Shown here piece after piece: positions 9,179 to 17,503 of a stretch of 64,000 nucleotides of DNA. The position numbers and the translations under genes are program-made. The stretch is from positions 96,001-160,000 of the forward strand of contig BTVJ01000007.1 in NCBI GenBank assembly GCA_045863395.1, in the 5' to 3' direction. The stretch comes from Myxococcales bacterium (GTDB lineage Bacteria; Myxococcota_A; UBA9042; JABWCM01; BTVJ01). The stretch's first letter is position 1. Each line of letters opens with the position of its first letter. The notes under the pieces are model-generated. The model was not told where the DNA came from. It saw nothing but the letters and a program-made list of their open reading frames with translations, and searched no databases.

Positions 9179-10449
9179 TGGTCCCTCCAGCGCCAGTTCT
9201 GATCGTCAAACCCTCGCTCCAGGAGAACGTCGAGAGTCGCTCCATCGATAATCTGGAGTACGTCTCGTTCGCCGCTCTTTGCGTTCCAGATGAAGTCCGG
9301 CACTCCGTCGCGGTTATAGTCCGGTGCCACAGCGATCTGGCGCCTCGTTCCATCAAACTCGCTCTCCTGAGTCTGGAGCGATGAAAGAGTCTTGCCAGAT
9401 ATCACATCTACGCGGGAGCCCGTGCAACCGTTGTAGCAGGTCGATGTGCGAGCAAGGTCATTTACGCCGTCTCCATTGACGTCATCAAGCACGCTGATTG
9501 TCTCGGTGATACTCCCGGTCTCAGTGCTTGGAGGCAGCAGAGCATCGCCCATTCTGAGTATTTCACACGTAGTCGGGTCGAGGAGCACGAGGGAAACATC
9601 GATGCTCTCGGCTTTGTCCACTGAGCCGACAACTACCCGCGGTGATTGGGTCATGTCCGAATTTGCGACAGGAACAACTGTCGCCAGTGAAAACCCGAAG
9701 TGTGTCATGTGACTAGGTGAGCAGGACGAAACTTTGGAACCACTCGCTCCTGAATGAATCGAGAGCGAGAAGGAGTCTGTGTCTCTGTTGTAGGTGGTGG
9801 CAACTGCCTCGCTCAACTGGTCTCCGTCAATGTCAAGTAAGAGTCCAGTTAGGATGTGTGCATACTCGCTGTTCTTCTGGAGGGCGATTTCCCACAAAAC
9901 TTCTCCATTGGCGCCCGAGACCGCAGCCCAACGCTGTCTATCAGGCGATCTCAGTCCGAAGTCCTCAAATCCGTCTCCGGAAATGTCCCCAAGACTATGT
10001 GCAAGGCTGGACGCGAACTGGACAGCCCCGACTTCGGTGAACCATTCCGCGTCAATTATGTGACAAACTCCTTTCCATTCGCCTCCCCGAGCGCGTTCAC
10101 CAGGTGCACAGGCCACCAAGCGACCGGGACCCGTTGGGGTTGCCAGCGAGATTATTGAGCTTCCTAGGAATGCCCCCCCGTTTGCTCCGTAGTGGCATGA
10201 ACGTGTTACGCCGGTTTGGCCGGAAATGACGCACAGTCCACCGGCATTCACTCGTGTTCTTCTATCTCTGGAGAAACTGTGTAGCGGAATAGCCGCGATG
10301 ATGTCTTCCACCCCGTCACCATCAATGTCTGGAACGACGGCGAAGCTGTGTCCGAAGCCCGCTTCAGATGGCGGCTTAGGGTCGCATGCGAGGAAGAACA
10401 GCGCCAGCAGTCCAAGTGCGGGCGAGCGGATGACAGTCGATGCACTCAT
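9175..10449 (-). CDS. FG-GAP / integrin-alpha-like repeat lipoprotein
   Basis: LLALFFLA|C lipobox. FGHSFAVVPDIDGDGVEDII, LGDISGDGFED, DIDGDQLSE, DVNGDGVND, DYNRDGVPD. Start placed at MSASTVIR. Confidence 0.8.
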   Translation of the reverse strand: MSASTVIRSPALGLLALFFLACDPKPPSEAGFGHSFAVVPDIDGDGVEDIIAAIPLHSFSRDRRTRVNAGGLCVISGQTGVTRSCHYGANGGAFLGSSIISLATPTGPGRLVACAPGERARGGEWKGVCHIIDAEWFTEVGAVQFASSLAHSLGDISGDGFEDFGLRSPDRQRWAAVSGANGEVLWEIALQKNSEYAHILTGLLLDIDGDQLSEAVATTYNRDTDSFSLSIHSGASGSKVSSCSPSHMTHFGFSLATVVPVANSDMTQSPRVVVGSVDKAESIDVSLVLLDPTTCEILRMGDALLPPSTETGSITETISVLDDVNGDGVNDLARTSTCYNGCTGSRVDVISGKTLSSLQTQESEFDGTRRQIAVAPDYNRDGVPDFIWNAKSGERDVLQIIDGATLDVLLERGFDDQNWRWRDQ

Positions 10450-10834
10450 TCCTAAACTCCTGCCTGCAATCACACTGTTGATCTTGGCCGAAAGGCCCTT
10501 CACAAGTCTCGTGCCCTTCGGGGTTGCGCAGCCAATTGTAACAGGCCCAAAGACGCAGCTTGCGCAACTTCGCGGACGTACAGTATGGTACGGCATGGGC
10601 AAACGCATTGGTACTGGGCTGCCCAATGCCTTCATCATGCCGTGCATTCCAGATCAACCACAGCAGTCAATTTAGCATCATCGAGAGGGTTCGAGCAACG
10701 AGGTTGTCCTAGCCGCGTGACACCTGGGCATTCGTGCAGTCACCTGATCCGTCGGAATCGGCAACGGTGAAATCGATAGGTGAATAGTCGTCCGGGCGTT
10801 TTTTGGGAGTTCAGAGACAGGAGGCCGTAGGGAG

Positions 10835-12556
10835 TCAGTGAAGCATGAATGCCTCGATGTGAAACCCCCCAGAATCGTCCGAAACGTCAGAATCCAGGTT
10901 CGGGGTGAAGGAGATGTGGAGGGGGGAGGGGCAGTCCTTCGCTCGGAAGAGGGCGCGGTGGGCGGCGGGGTCGTTGGCCAGCGCTTCGGTCTTGGCGCAG
11001 GCGAAGGTGACGGGGGCTACCGTGCCGCCGGCGACCTTCTCGATGTGGCTCCAGGCGTTGAGGGGGCCGGTTTCGATGCCGGCGCCGATGGCCATGAGGC
11101 CTCGGACCTCGACGAGGACGTCGGCGACCGGGGTGTCGAGGGGGATTAGCAGGTCCGGGACCTCAGTGAGCCACGGGATCTTGGCTACCTTTCCGCGGCG
11201 GAGGACGCCCCCTCCGAGGTACTTGCCCACCGGGTGGCCCAGGCGGAAACCGGGGGCGTCGCTGAGCAGCAGTGGGTGGTTCGCCGGCGCTGGGTAGATG
11301 GTCACCTTGAGGCTCCCCTTGTTGTCATCCCACGCCGCCGGGTCGTTGCCTAGGCCGTCGTGGATGGAGAGGCGCAGGATGTGGCTGGTGGGGATTGCTG
11401 CGAAGAGGTACGTGCTGGCAAAGAGGCACTCGCGGACCAGGGTCGGGGGGAGGCCGTCCACCTGGAAGGAGAAGTTGGCGTCGACTCGATCAAAGTCGGG
11501 GAAGTAGTCGCAGCCTACGCACACGGGCTCCGACGGGTTCGCCTGGTAGGGCTTGTGCCAGCGGCGCAGGCCGTCCTGGCAGCCGTCGACGGAGAACATG
11601 AAGACGCCTCGCACCAGGAGGAAGTACGTGGCGCCGGCCTTCACGCCCGGGACCAGCGTTCCTTGCTGGGAGGTGGCGTCCACTTCTACGGTGAGGCTTC
11701 CGGGCGGTGGGGTCTCCAGACAGCCGACGGGTGTTGGGGGCGTCACGCAGGGGCCGAAGGGAGCGAGGCCGACGAATCCGGTGCCAGGCAGCGTCGATCC
11801 TGGTAGCGGAGGGACCGCAGGCTTCTCCGGGGTTGGAGGGTTGGGGGCTGGCTGCTGTGCGGACTTGGCCGCGGGTGTGTTCTTCTGGGCAGGATCCGGT
11901 GTGGGCGGCGCATCGGGCGTGGGCGCGTCCTTCGCGACCGGGGAGGACACGTCCCCGGTGGCCGGCTCGGGCGCCACGGCGGGGCTCTTGTTGTCCGCCG
12001 CCTGTGGGGGTGCCGCGCCGGACCCGCTGCTCTTCGAAGCGACCGGCAGTCTGGCGCCCCAGAGTGCCGGGGATGAGGGCAAGAGGGCGACGAGCTGATC
12101 ATCCGGTGCATTTGCGATCCCGAGGTCCGGCGGGTGCTCCGGGATCTCCAGGCCGGCGTAGATGGCGCCGCCCGGCGCAACGGTCGGGACCTGGACGTCC
12201 GCAGCGAACGCATGCGCGGTCACTCCGGGGGCTGCCCTGGCGGTGGGCTGCTCCCGCGGTGATGTGCTGCCCGGCTCGCCGACATGGGCAGGTGCTCGCG
12301 CTGGTCCCTTCGGCGTGCTCCCCGCCGACGTGCCGGCCTGCGGCTCCGCCGGATCTTCGCCTTGCGGAACCTTCTCGGGCCCATGGACCCAAGGCAGCCG
12401 CAGACCGCGCAGTGGATCGCTCTTGTCTCCCCGCTCCCGCCGGCCCCGGGCTCCGTTGTCATCTCCCTCTCCGCCGCTCCCGGTCCACCACACTGCCGCC
12501 ACGCACCCGAGAAGAGCGAGCACCAGGAGCGCGCCGCCGGCTCGCCGCGTGGTCAC
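10835..12556 (-). CDS. Membrane-anchored protein with a Pro/Ala-rich stalk and two C-terminal beta-sandwich (possibly LecA/PA-IL-like) domains
   Basis: GTG 12556 overlaps the upstream stop (GTGA). N-terminal TM, long PA-rich linker, and two domains ending in WDDNKGSLKVTIY and SDDSGGFHIEAF. Confidence 0.65.
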   Translation of the reverse strand: MTTRRAGGALLVLALLGCVAAVWWTGSGGEGDDNGARGRRERGDKSDPLRGLRLPWVHGPEKVPQGEDPAEPQAGTSAGSTPKGPARAPAHVGEPGSTSPREQPTARAAPGVTAHAFAADVQVPTVAPGGAIYAGLEIPEHPPDLGIANAPDDQLVALLPSSPALWGARLPVASKSSGSGAAPPQAADNKSPAVAPEPATGDVSSPVAKDAPTPDAPPTPDPAQKNTPAAKSAQQPAPNPPTPEKPAVPPLPGSTLPGTGFVGLAPFGPCVTPPTPVGCLETPPPGSLTVEVDATSQQGTLVPGVKAGATYFLLVRGVFMFSVDGCQDGLRRWHKPYQANPSEPVCVGCDYFPDFDRVDANFSFQVDGLPPTLVRECLFASTYLFAAIPTSHILRLSIHDGLGNDPAAWDDNKGSLKVTIYPAPANHPLLLSDAPGFRLGHPVGKYLGGGVLRRGKVAKIPWLTEVPDLLIPLDTPVADVLVEVRGLMAIGAGIETGPLNAWSHIEKVAGGTVAPVTFACAKTEALANDPAAHRALFRAKDCPSPLHISFTPNLDSDVSDDSGGFHIEAFMLH

Positions 12557-13353
12557 TTCGTGTCCTCTCTGGAAGCGAGCGCCACTGCGTCGAGGGCATC
12601 GAGCGAGCGTGGGCCTAGCCTGCCCCCGTTGATGCCGCCCCACGTGGCATCCGGCTGGCGCGCCACGACCTCGGTGGGTCCCTCCCCTTGCTTCACTATA
12701 GTAATGATGTACTCCCCGTCTTCGAGCGAGGTGTCGCCGTCGCCAACGTAGATGCGAAGGTAGCCCCCGTCGTCGACCAGGCGGAGCGTCGTGGTCCTGC
12801 CGGGGTCGCCTCGGAGCGCGACGCGCACGGACTCCTCGCGCCGACCGCCAGCGGCGGCTAGAGGGTAGGCGCGGGAGCCTTGCCCGGCCCGCTGCGCCCT
12901 GCGGCAGCGCACGCACGCAACGAGCCCCTCTACGTGCGCTTGGATCCAGGCCCCGAGGGTCGCGTCCGGCGCCTTCGCCAGCGCTTCACCTGAAGGGTGG
13001 AGCACCAGCAGGATCTGCGTCAGGGTGTCGATGCGTCGCCGACGGAACGGGGCCCCCTGCCCACCGCCAGGGAACCGTGTGAAGTAGGCGGCCAACGCCG
13101 CAGGCTCTGCCCCGGTGGACGCGAGCGCCCCGAGCAGCTCGTCGCCCGGGCGCCCCTCCTCGGCCAGGATGAGCCAGGCGGCCTCCCCCGCCGGCCAACA
13201 CCCGGCCGCACGCAGCCCCTCGCCGCACGCGGACTCGGCCGCCCGCAGCAGCACATCGGAGTTGGACGCATCGGGCAAGGACAGGTGCAGCGCGCGGAGT
13301 GCCGCGAGGACGCGCCGTTCTTGCACCAACAGGGGGTCTCGGTTGCTCAGCAT
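12553..13353 (-). CDS. Putative zinc-finger anti-sigma-like protein with an internal YPLAAA motif and a C-terminal domain duplicated at 14841
   Basis: GAGGGA RBS, ATG 13353. Contains HVEGLVACVRC (H..CxxC), then SRAYPLAAAGG, then a ~75-aa beta-rich domain. The CDS is well supported; the function is inferred. Confidence 0.55.
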   Translation of the reverse strand: MLSNRDPLLVQERRVLAALRALHLSLPDASNSDVLLRAAESACGEGLRAAGCWPAGEAAWLILAEEGRPGDELLGALASTGAEPAALAAYFTRFPGGGQGAPFRRRRIDTLTQILLVLHPSGEALAKAPDATLGAWIQAHVEGLVACVRCRRAQRAGQGSRAYPLAAAGGRREESVRVALRGDPGRTTTLRLVDDGGYLRIYVGDGDTSLEDGEYIITIVKQGEGPTEVVARQPDATWGGINGGRLGPRSLDALDAVALASREDTK

Positions 13354-13363
13354 CGCGCGTCCC

Positions 13364-14701
13364 TCAGTTGCCCTTGCATCGCTGTGGTGCCTGACTGCGT
13401 TGGCTGCCGCGCCCCGATGTCGTCCCTGTTGGCGCGGACGTGCTGGTCGGAGTGGTCGCCTTGTCGAAACGGTCACGCACCTCCCGAAGTATGTCCAGCA
13501 GCTCGTCGTGCATGCAAAAGAGATCGCAGATCGTGCTCGACTTGCGTCGGAGCCACGCGTCCAGGCAATGCGGCTCCAGATCATCCGGGTCGGGGCGCTC
13601 CCTCGTTGCGGCCTCCCTCACGGAGGCTTCGCTCCACCACGTGCGGTGACGGGCGCGCTTGAGGCGCTGGCGACCCGCGTCGGTATCATTCCTTGCGCCC
13701 GGAAGGTAGTGGTCGTCGCGCACAGAACCATCCAGGTCCAGGGTGCCCTGGAGGAACATCACCACCTCGTGAAGGATCACGTCCTCGACCTCGTGCCAGG
13801 CGCTCGGGGCCTGCTGCTGCTGCGGTGCCGACGTGGAGGATGACTTCGATTCGTCGGTCGCTCCTTGTGTCTTCGGGCCATTGCGGTGCTTCAACCAGCT
13901 CTGGGCGCCCGCGAGGACGGACAGCTTGAAGTCCAGCAGGAGACGCACCCAGCCTCCCTCCGGAGGGGAGAGCAGCTCGTAGGTCTGCTGGGTACGCGCG
14001 ACCGCCGTCGTGAGCCGCTCGACGTGTCGCCTCTCCTCGCCCCTGAAGCTCGTGTGGTCCGCGGCGAGCTGCATGGCGACCGAGCGCCATGGTGGCTCCG
14101 CAACGCAGGTCGCCAGCGCGATGTGCTCCGCGACCTTCGGACCGGGCCACAAGACGTCCTTGCCGAACCCCACGGACACGGCGCTCGTCGCGGAGGCCAT
14201 CGCGTCCAGCGGGCCGGGCATCCGCCGCCGGGCCATCTCGAGCATCTGGAACTCCGTCCCCGACGCACCCGCGGCCTCGCCGTGGAGCAGCGCCGGGAGC
14301 TCATTGACCAGGACCGCGGGGTAGTAGGACTTGACCCGGGGAGGAGGCTCGCAGTCGCAGATCCTGGCGACGCCCAGGACGATTGCCGCCTGGACCGCCA
14401 GCGGGTACTCGGTGCACAGCCGTTCGAGCGCGCATCTCGCGCACGCACCACAGGTACAGGGCGCCTCGCCGGGTCTCTGCGGGTGAATCCATTCCGTGTA
14501 GCCGTCCGCGCAGTCCTCGCAGACGGCCACTATCTCAGCCAGGGCGGCGAGCAGCAGGCAGCGTTCCTCATTCTCAGACGGGAGCTCGAGCTGGGCGGAG
14601 ATGGTCCCTGCCAGCTCCTCGGTGTTGCCCGTGGCGGCGTCCTCATAAAGAACTTGCAGCAGTTGTATCCACTTCTGAACACTTTCGAGCCCGTATGGCA
14701 T
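13364..14701 (-). CDS. Cys-rich hypothetical protein, possibly a highly divergent ECF-type sigma factor
   Basis: Start MPYGLESV. ALERLCTEYPLAVQAAIV resembles sigma region 2.1 and DAGRQRLKRARHR resembles region 4.2. Cys clusters CEDC and CTCGACARC. Ends 10 bp before the anti-sigma-like gene. Confidence 0.45.
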   Translation of the reverse strand: MPYGLESVQKWIQLLQVLYEDAATGNTEELAGTISAQLELPSENEERCLLLAALAEIVAVCEDCADGYTEWIHPQRPGEAPCTCGACARCALERLCTEYPLAVQAAIVLGVARICDCEPPPRVKSYYPAVLVNELPALLHGEAAGASGTEFQMLEMARRRMPGPLDAMASATSAVSVGFGKDVLWPGPKVAEHIALATCVAEPPWRSVAMQLAADHTSFRGEERRHVERLTTAVARTQQTYELLSPPEGGWVRLLLDFKLSVLAGAQSWLKHRNGPKTQGATDESKSSSTSAPQQQQAPSAWHEVEDVILHEVVMFLQGTLDLDGSVRDDHYLPGARNDTDAGRQRLKRARHRTWWSEASVREAATRERPDPDDLEPHCLDAWLRRKSSTICDLFCMHDELLDILREVRDRFDKATTPTSTSAPTGTTSGRGSQRSQAPQRCKGN

Positions 14702-14840
14702 CGCCCGCACCTTCCATTCCCCGTGTAGTCGAGGTATATCCCATGTTGCTCGACCTGGGAAGTCCGCATTCAGGGTGTCACGCATGCACCCCGCTCTACG
14801 GCAGCGTGTTCTGATTCCCGCGGGGAAGCGGAAGGCCAAC

Positions 14841-15104
14841 ATGGATCGCTGGATTACGCTCCGAACATTCGACGACCACGGGTGGTTGCGGTTCGTCCTG
14901 GACGCGCCGGGTGCGCGCGACGCCGAGTCGCAGTACCGCGTGACGTTTCGGCTGAACGATGGGACGCACATGGAGGCCGTCTTCCACCTACCTCGCGACG
15001 TCTGGTGGGGTGTCAATGCCGGCGCCCTCGGGAGGCACGACGTCGATGACATCGAGGCGGTGGTCATCGAGCGCGATGCCCAACCTGAGGGCGAGGCCGA
15101 CTGA
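14841..15104 (+). CDS. 87-aa stand-alone paralog of the C-terminal domain of 12553..13353
   Basis: MDRWITLRTFDDHGWLRF...WWGVNAGALG. TGATG coupling to the next gene. 23/74 ungapped identities by hand alignment. Confidence 0.75.
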   Translation: MDRWITLRTFDDHGWLRFVLDAPGARDAESQYRVTFRLNDGTHMEAVFHLPRDVWWGVNAGALGRHDVDDIEAVVIERDAQPEGEAD

Positions 15105-17428
15105 TGCGCATCCCGTGGTGGCTCGGCGTCCCCTTCGCCCGGCGTAACGCCCTGGGGCTCTGTCTGGGGATTCCGCTCGCCGTGTTCCTGGTCATCCTCG
15201 TGGCGCTCCCCATCCCGCGCATCGAGTGGGAGCCTCTCCCCGTGCCCGACGAGGGAAACGGCTGCCGCGCTCCCGTCCTCGACACGCTGACGGTGCCCTC
15301 GATCTGCCGTCCGATCACCAACACGCCGGTGTCCCCGCTCTACTCGTGCAGCCCGATCGGGTTCAGCGACGCGGATTGGCGGATTGAGGTCCGACTGCGG
15401 GGGCTGACCGACGGGTGTGAGTACGCCTTCGAGTGGGTCTCGCTGCCGTTTCGCCGGCTTGACCCGGGGCGGGTGCGCCCGGCCCTCGGGTTCTCTCTCG
15501 ACCCGCAGTACGCTCCCCCCGTCTGTGACGTGCCGGCGGACGGGGTGACCCGGTGCGCGACCGATGCGGCGCCGTGGAAGGCGTACTACCTCGTCGCGCG
15601 ATCAGTGTCCGAGGGCGGGCAACAGTCCGGTCCTGCCTACGCGGGCGGGTTCGAGGTGTATCAGACCGACGGACCCAACATCCGAGGCCGAATGGCCGCC
15701 CGGGGACTTGGCGTCGTGCTCGGCGGCGCGGGTCTCCTGCTGCCGCTTGCCCTGTGGTGGAGGCGGCTCAACGCCGGTGTACCCCGTCTCCCGCGCAGCG
15801 CGGTGGTCGCGACCATGACCGCCTGGGGTGGCGCCGTCACGGCCCTCGCTCTCGCGCTGCTGCCGTCAGACCTGGGGGGGCCGGACCTCCTCAGGCTCGA
15901 CCGCCTGGTATGGCAGCCGTTGTACGGCGCGGTAGCGGGCGCAGCGCTCGGGGTCGGCGCCGATGACCTCCGGCGCCGGTACAGCCTTGCGAGCACCGCG
16001 GGGCGTCTGTTCATCTTGGGGACCTTCGTCGTCCTCATCGTCGGGGGGGCGCTGCTGATGCATCACTCCACGAGTGCTGGCAGCGGCCCGACGCTCTCCT
16101 TCACGTATCTGAAGTACAAGTCTCGCTACTACATCTACCTTCTGCTCTCACTCACCCTCCCATTGCTCGCCGTCGGTCAGGTCCCCTGGCGTGGTCCGGA
16201 GTGGAGCCTGACGGGGACACTGAACCCCACGCGCTCCGTGGCTGCGCGGACTCTCCTGGTTGCGTCGCTCTGTGGGGTAGCGACCAACGCCGTCGCGCTC
16301 GCCGTGGGCTCCGTCGTCGAGGTCCCCAACATCGGGACGTCCATGTCCGGCTTCTTCAAGCCTGCGTCTGCCTGGGGCATCCTGGCGTGTCTCCTCCCGG
16401 CGCTCGGCACCCTGGCCGTCGCGGTCAACCTGGGTGAAGGCCGCCCCCCGTGGGTCCAGTCATTGGTCGCCTTGGCGGATGAGCTGCTCCGGTCCCAGGC
16501 CGTGGACACCACGCGCCGGGCTGCGAAGGGGCGGGAGCTGCTCGGGTCAATGATTGCTGCCGACCCGGCGACCCTGAGCCGGCACGCACGCCAGCTCCTG
16601 CCGGTGGCGGTGTGCCTCCCCGAGGTGATCGGCGCCGTGGCTACCTCTGCGCACGACGTGGAGCAGCTTGCGGAGCAGCTCAGCCTCCCTCCGTCCGTGG
16701 CCTCTGAGAAGTTGCGGGTGGTTCAGGACATCCTCGCCGCTGCCCGGCAGGCATGGACTCGTGAGACCACGCGCGGCTTGGTGCCCATGGTCGGGCGCGA
16801 CGGGACGCTCCACGCAGGGGTCGTGCACAGCCATCTGGGGCCGAACCTGGCGCCCGAGCCGGAGCCCCGGCTCGAGGTGTGGTGCAATGGGCGACTGCAC
16901 CTCGCGGCGCACCCCGTCGCGACGAGCGTGCAGGCGGTCTTCAACGGCGTCCGGGATGCCTGGTTCCCCCGCGACGACGTAGCCGTCCTCAGGTGGGCGG
17001 TGGTGCAGGTCCACCTCGATTATCCTGACGAGCCCATGCTTGGGAGCATGGGCCGCGGTGTCAGCGGCCAGAGCTACGAGCTCGCCGTGGCCCTGAGTCT
17101 GCTGGAGCTGATCCTCGCGCAACCGCCGGTCGTGCCTTGGGCCGCAACCGGGCTGATCGATCACGGGAGCAGAGTCGTCACGGGCGTGGACCACGCCGCC
17201 ACCAAAGCGGGGATCACCACCGATCGCGTCCTGCTGCTCCCACCTCAACACGTCGCAGAGGTCTCGCCGCACGTCGACCACGTGCTGGAGGTCTCCACGC
17301 GCATCGACGCCGACCGGGTCCGCGCAAGGCTCGCATCCGGTGTCGTCGCCGGGCAGCGGGTGGCCGTGGCCGTGGAGTCCGTCTACCTTGCGGCGGCCGT
17401 CCTGTACGGGGAGCGCCTGGACGCGTGA
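15104..17428 (+). CDS. Multi-pass membrane protein with a C-terminal Lon-type (S16-like) Ser-Lys protease domain
   Basis: About 8 hydrophobic helices and a 6-Cys loop after TM1. The C-terminal VQVHL...SGQSYELAVALSLL...WAATGLIDHGSRVVTGVDHAATKA...LLLP matches the Lon protease-domain pattern. No Walker A motif seen. Confidence 0.75.
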   Translation: MRIPWWLGVPFARRNALGLCLGIPLAVFLVILVALPIPRIEWEPLPVPDEGNGCRAPVLDTLTVPSICRPITNTPVSPLYSCSPIGFSDADWRIEVRLRGLTDGCEYAFEWVSLPFRRLDPGRVRPALGFSLDPQYAPPVCDVPADGVTRCATDAAPWKAYYLVARSVSEGGQQSGPAYAGGFEVYQTDGPNIRGRMAARGLGVVLGGAGLLLPLALWWRRLNAGVPRLPRSAVVATMTAWGGAVTALALALLPSDLGGPDLLRLDRLVWQPLYGAVAGAALGVGADDLRRRYSLASTAGRLFILGTFVVLIVGGALLMHHSTSAGSGPTLSFTYLKYKSRYYIYLLLSLTLPLLAVGQVPWRGPEWSLTGTLNPTRSVAARTLLVASLCGVATNAVALAVGSVVEVPNIGTSMSGFFKPASAWGILACLLPALGTLAVAVNLGEGRPPWVQSLVALADELLRSQAVDTTRRAAKGRELLGSMIAADPATLSRHARQLLPVAVCLPEVIGAVATSAHDVEQLAEQLSLPPSVASEKLRVVQDILAAARQAWTRETTRGLVPMVGRDGTLHAGVVHSHLGPNLAPEPEPRLEVWCNGRLHLAAHPVATSVQAVFNGVRDAWFPRDDVAVLRWAVVQVHLDYPDEPMLGSMGRGVSGQSYELAVALSLLELILAQPPVVPWAATGLIDHGSRVVTGVDHAATKAGITTDRVLLLPPQHVAEVSPHVDHVLEVSTRIDADRVRARLASGVVAGQRVAVAVESVYLAAAVLYGERLDA

Positions 17429-17503
17429 CCGCCCCCTCCCAGCGCATGACACGCACCGCCCACCGGAGTAGCATGCGCCCGAGGCACATGAGCGGAGGGC
17501 GCG

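Noticed and set aside
10376..10657. CIDCH heme-like motif in a 93-aa minus ORF
   Set aside because: Single motif out of frame within the FG-GAP gene start, no signal peptide; likely chance.
10450..10830. Possible polymorphic-toxin remnant or extra ORF upstream of the FG-GAP gene
   Set aside because: Short Cys-containing frames with no recognisable motif.
14702..15067. N-terminal extension of the 567-aa ORF (13364..15067)
   Set aside because: Overlaps the 87-aa + strand gene, which is supported by homology; start moved to 14701.
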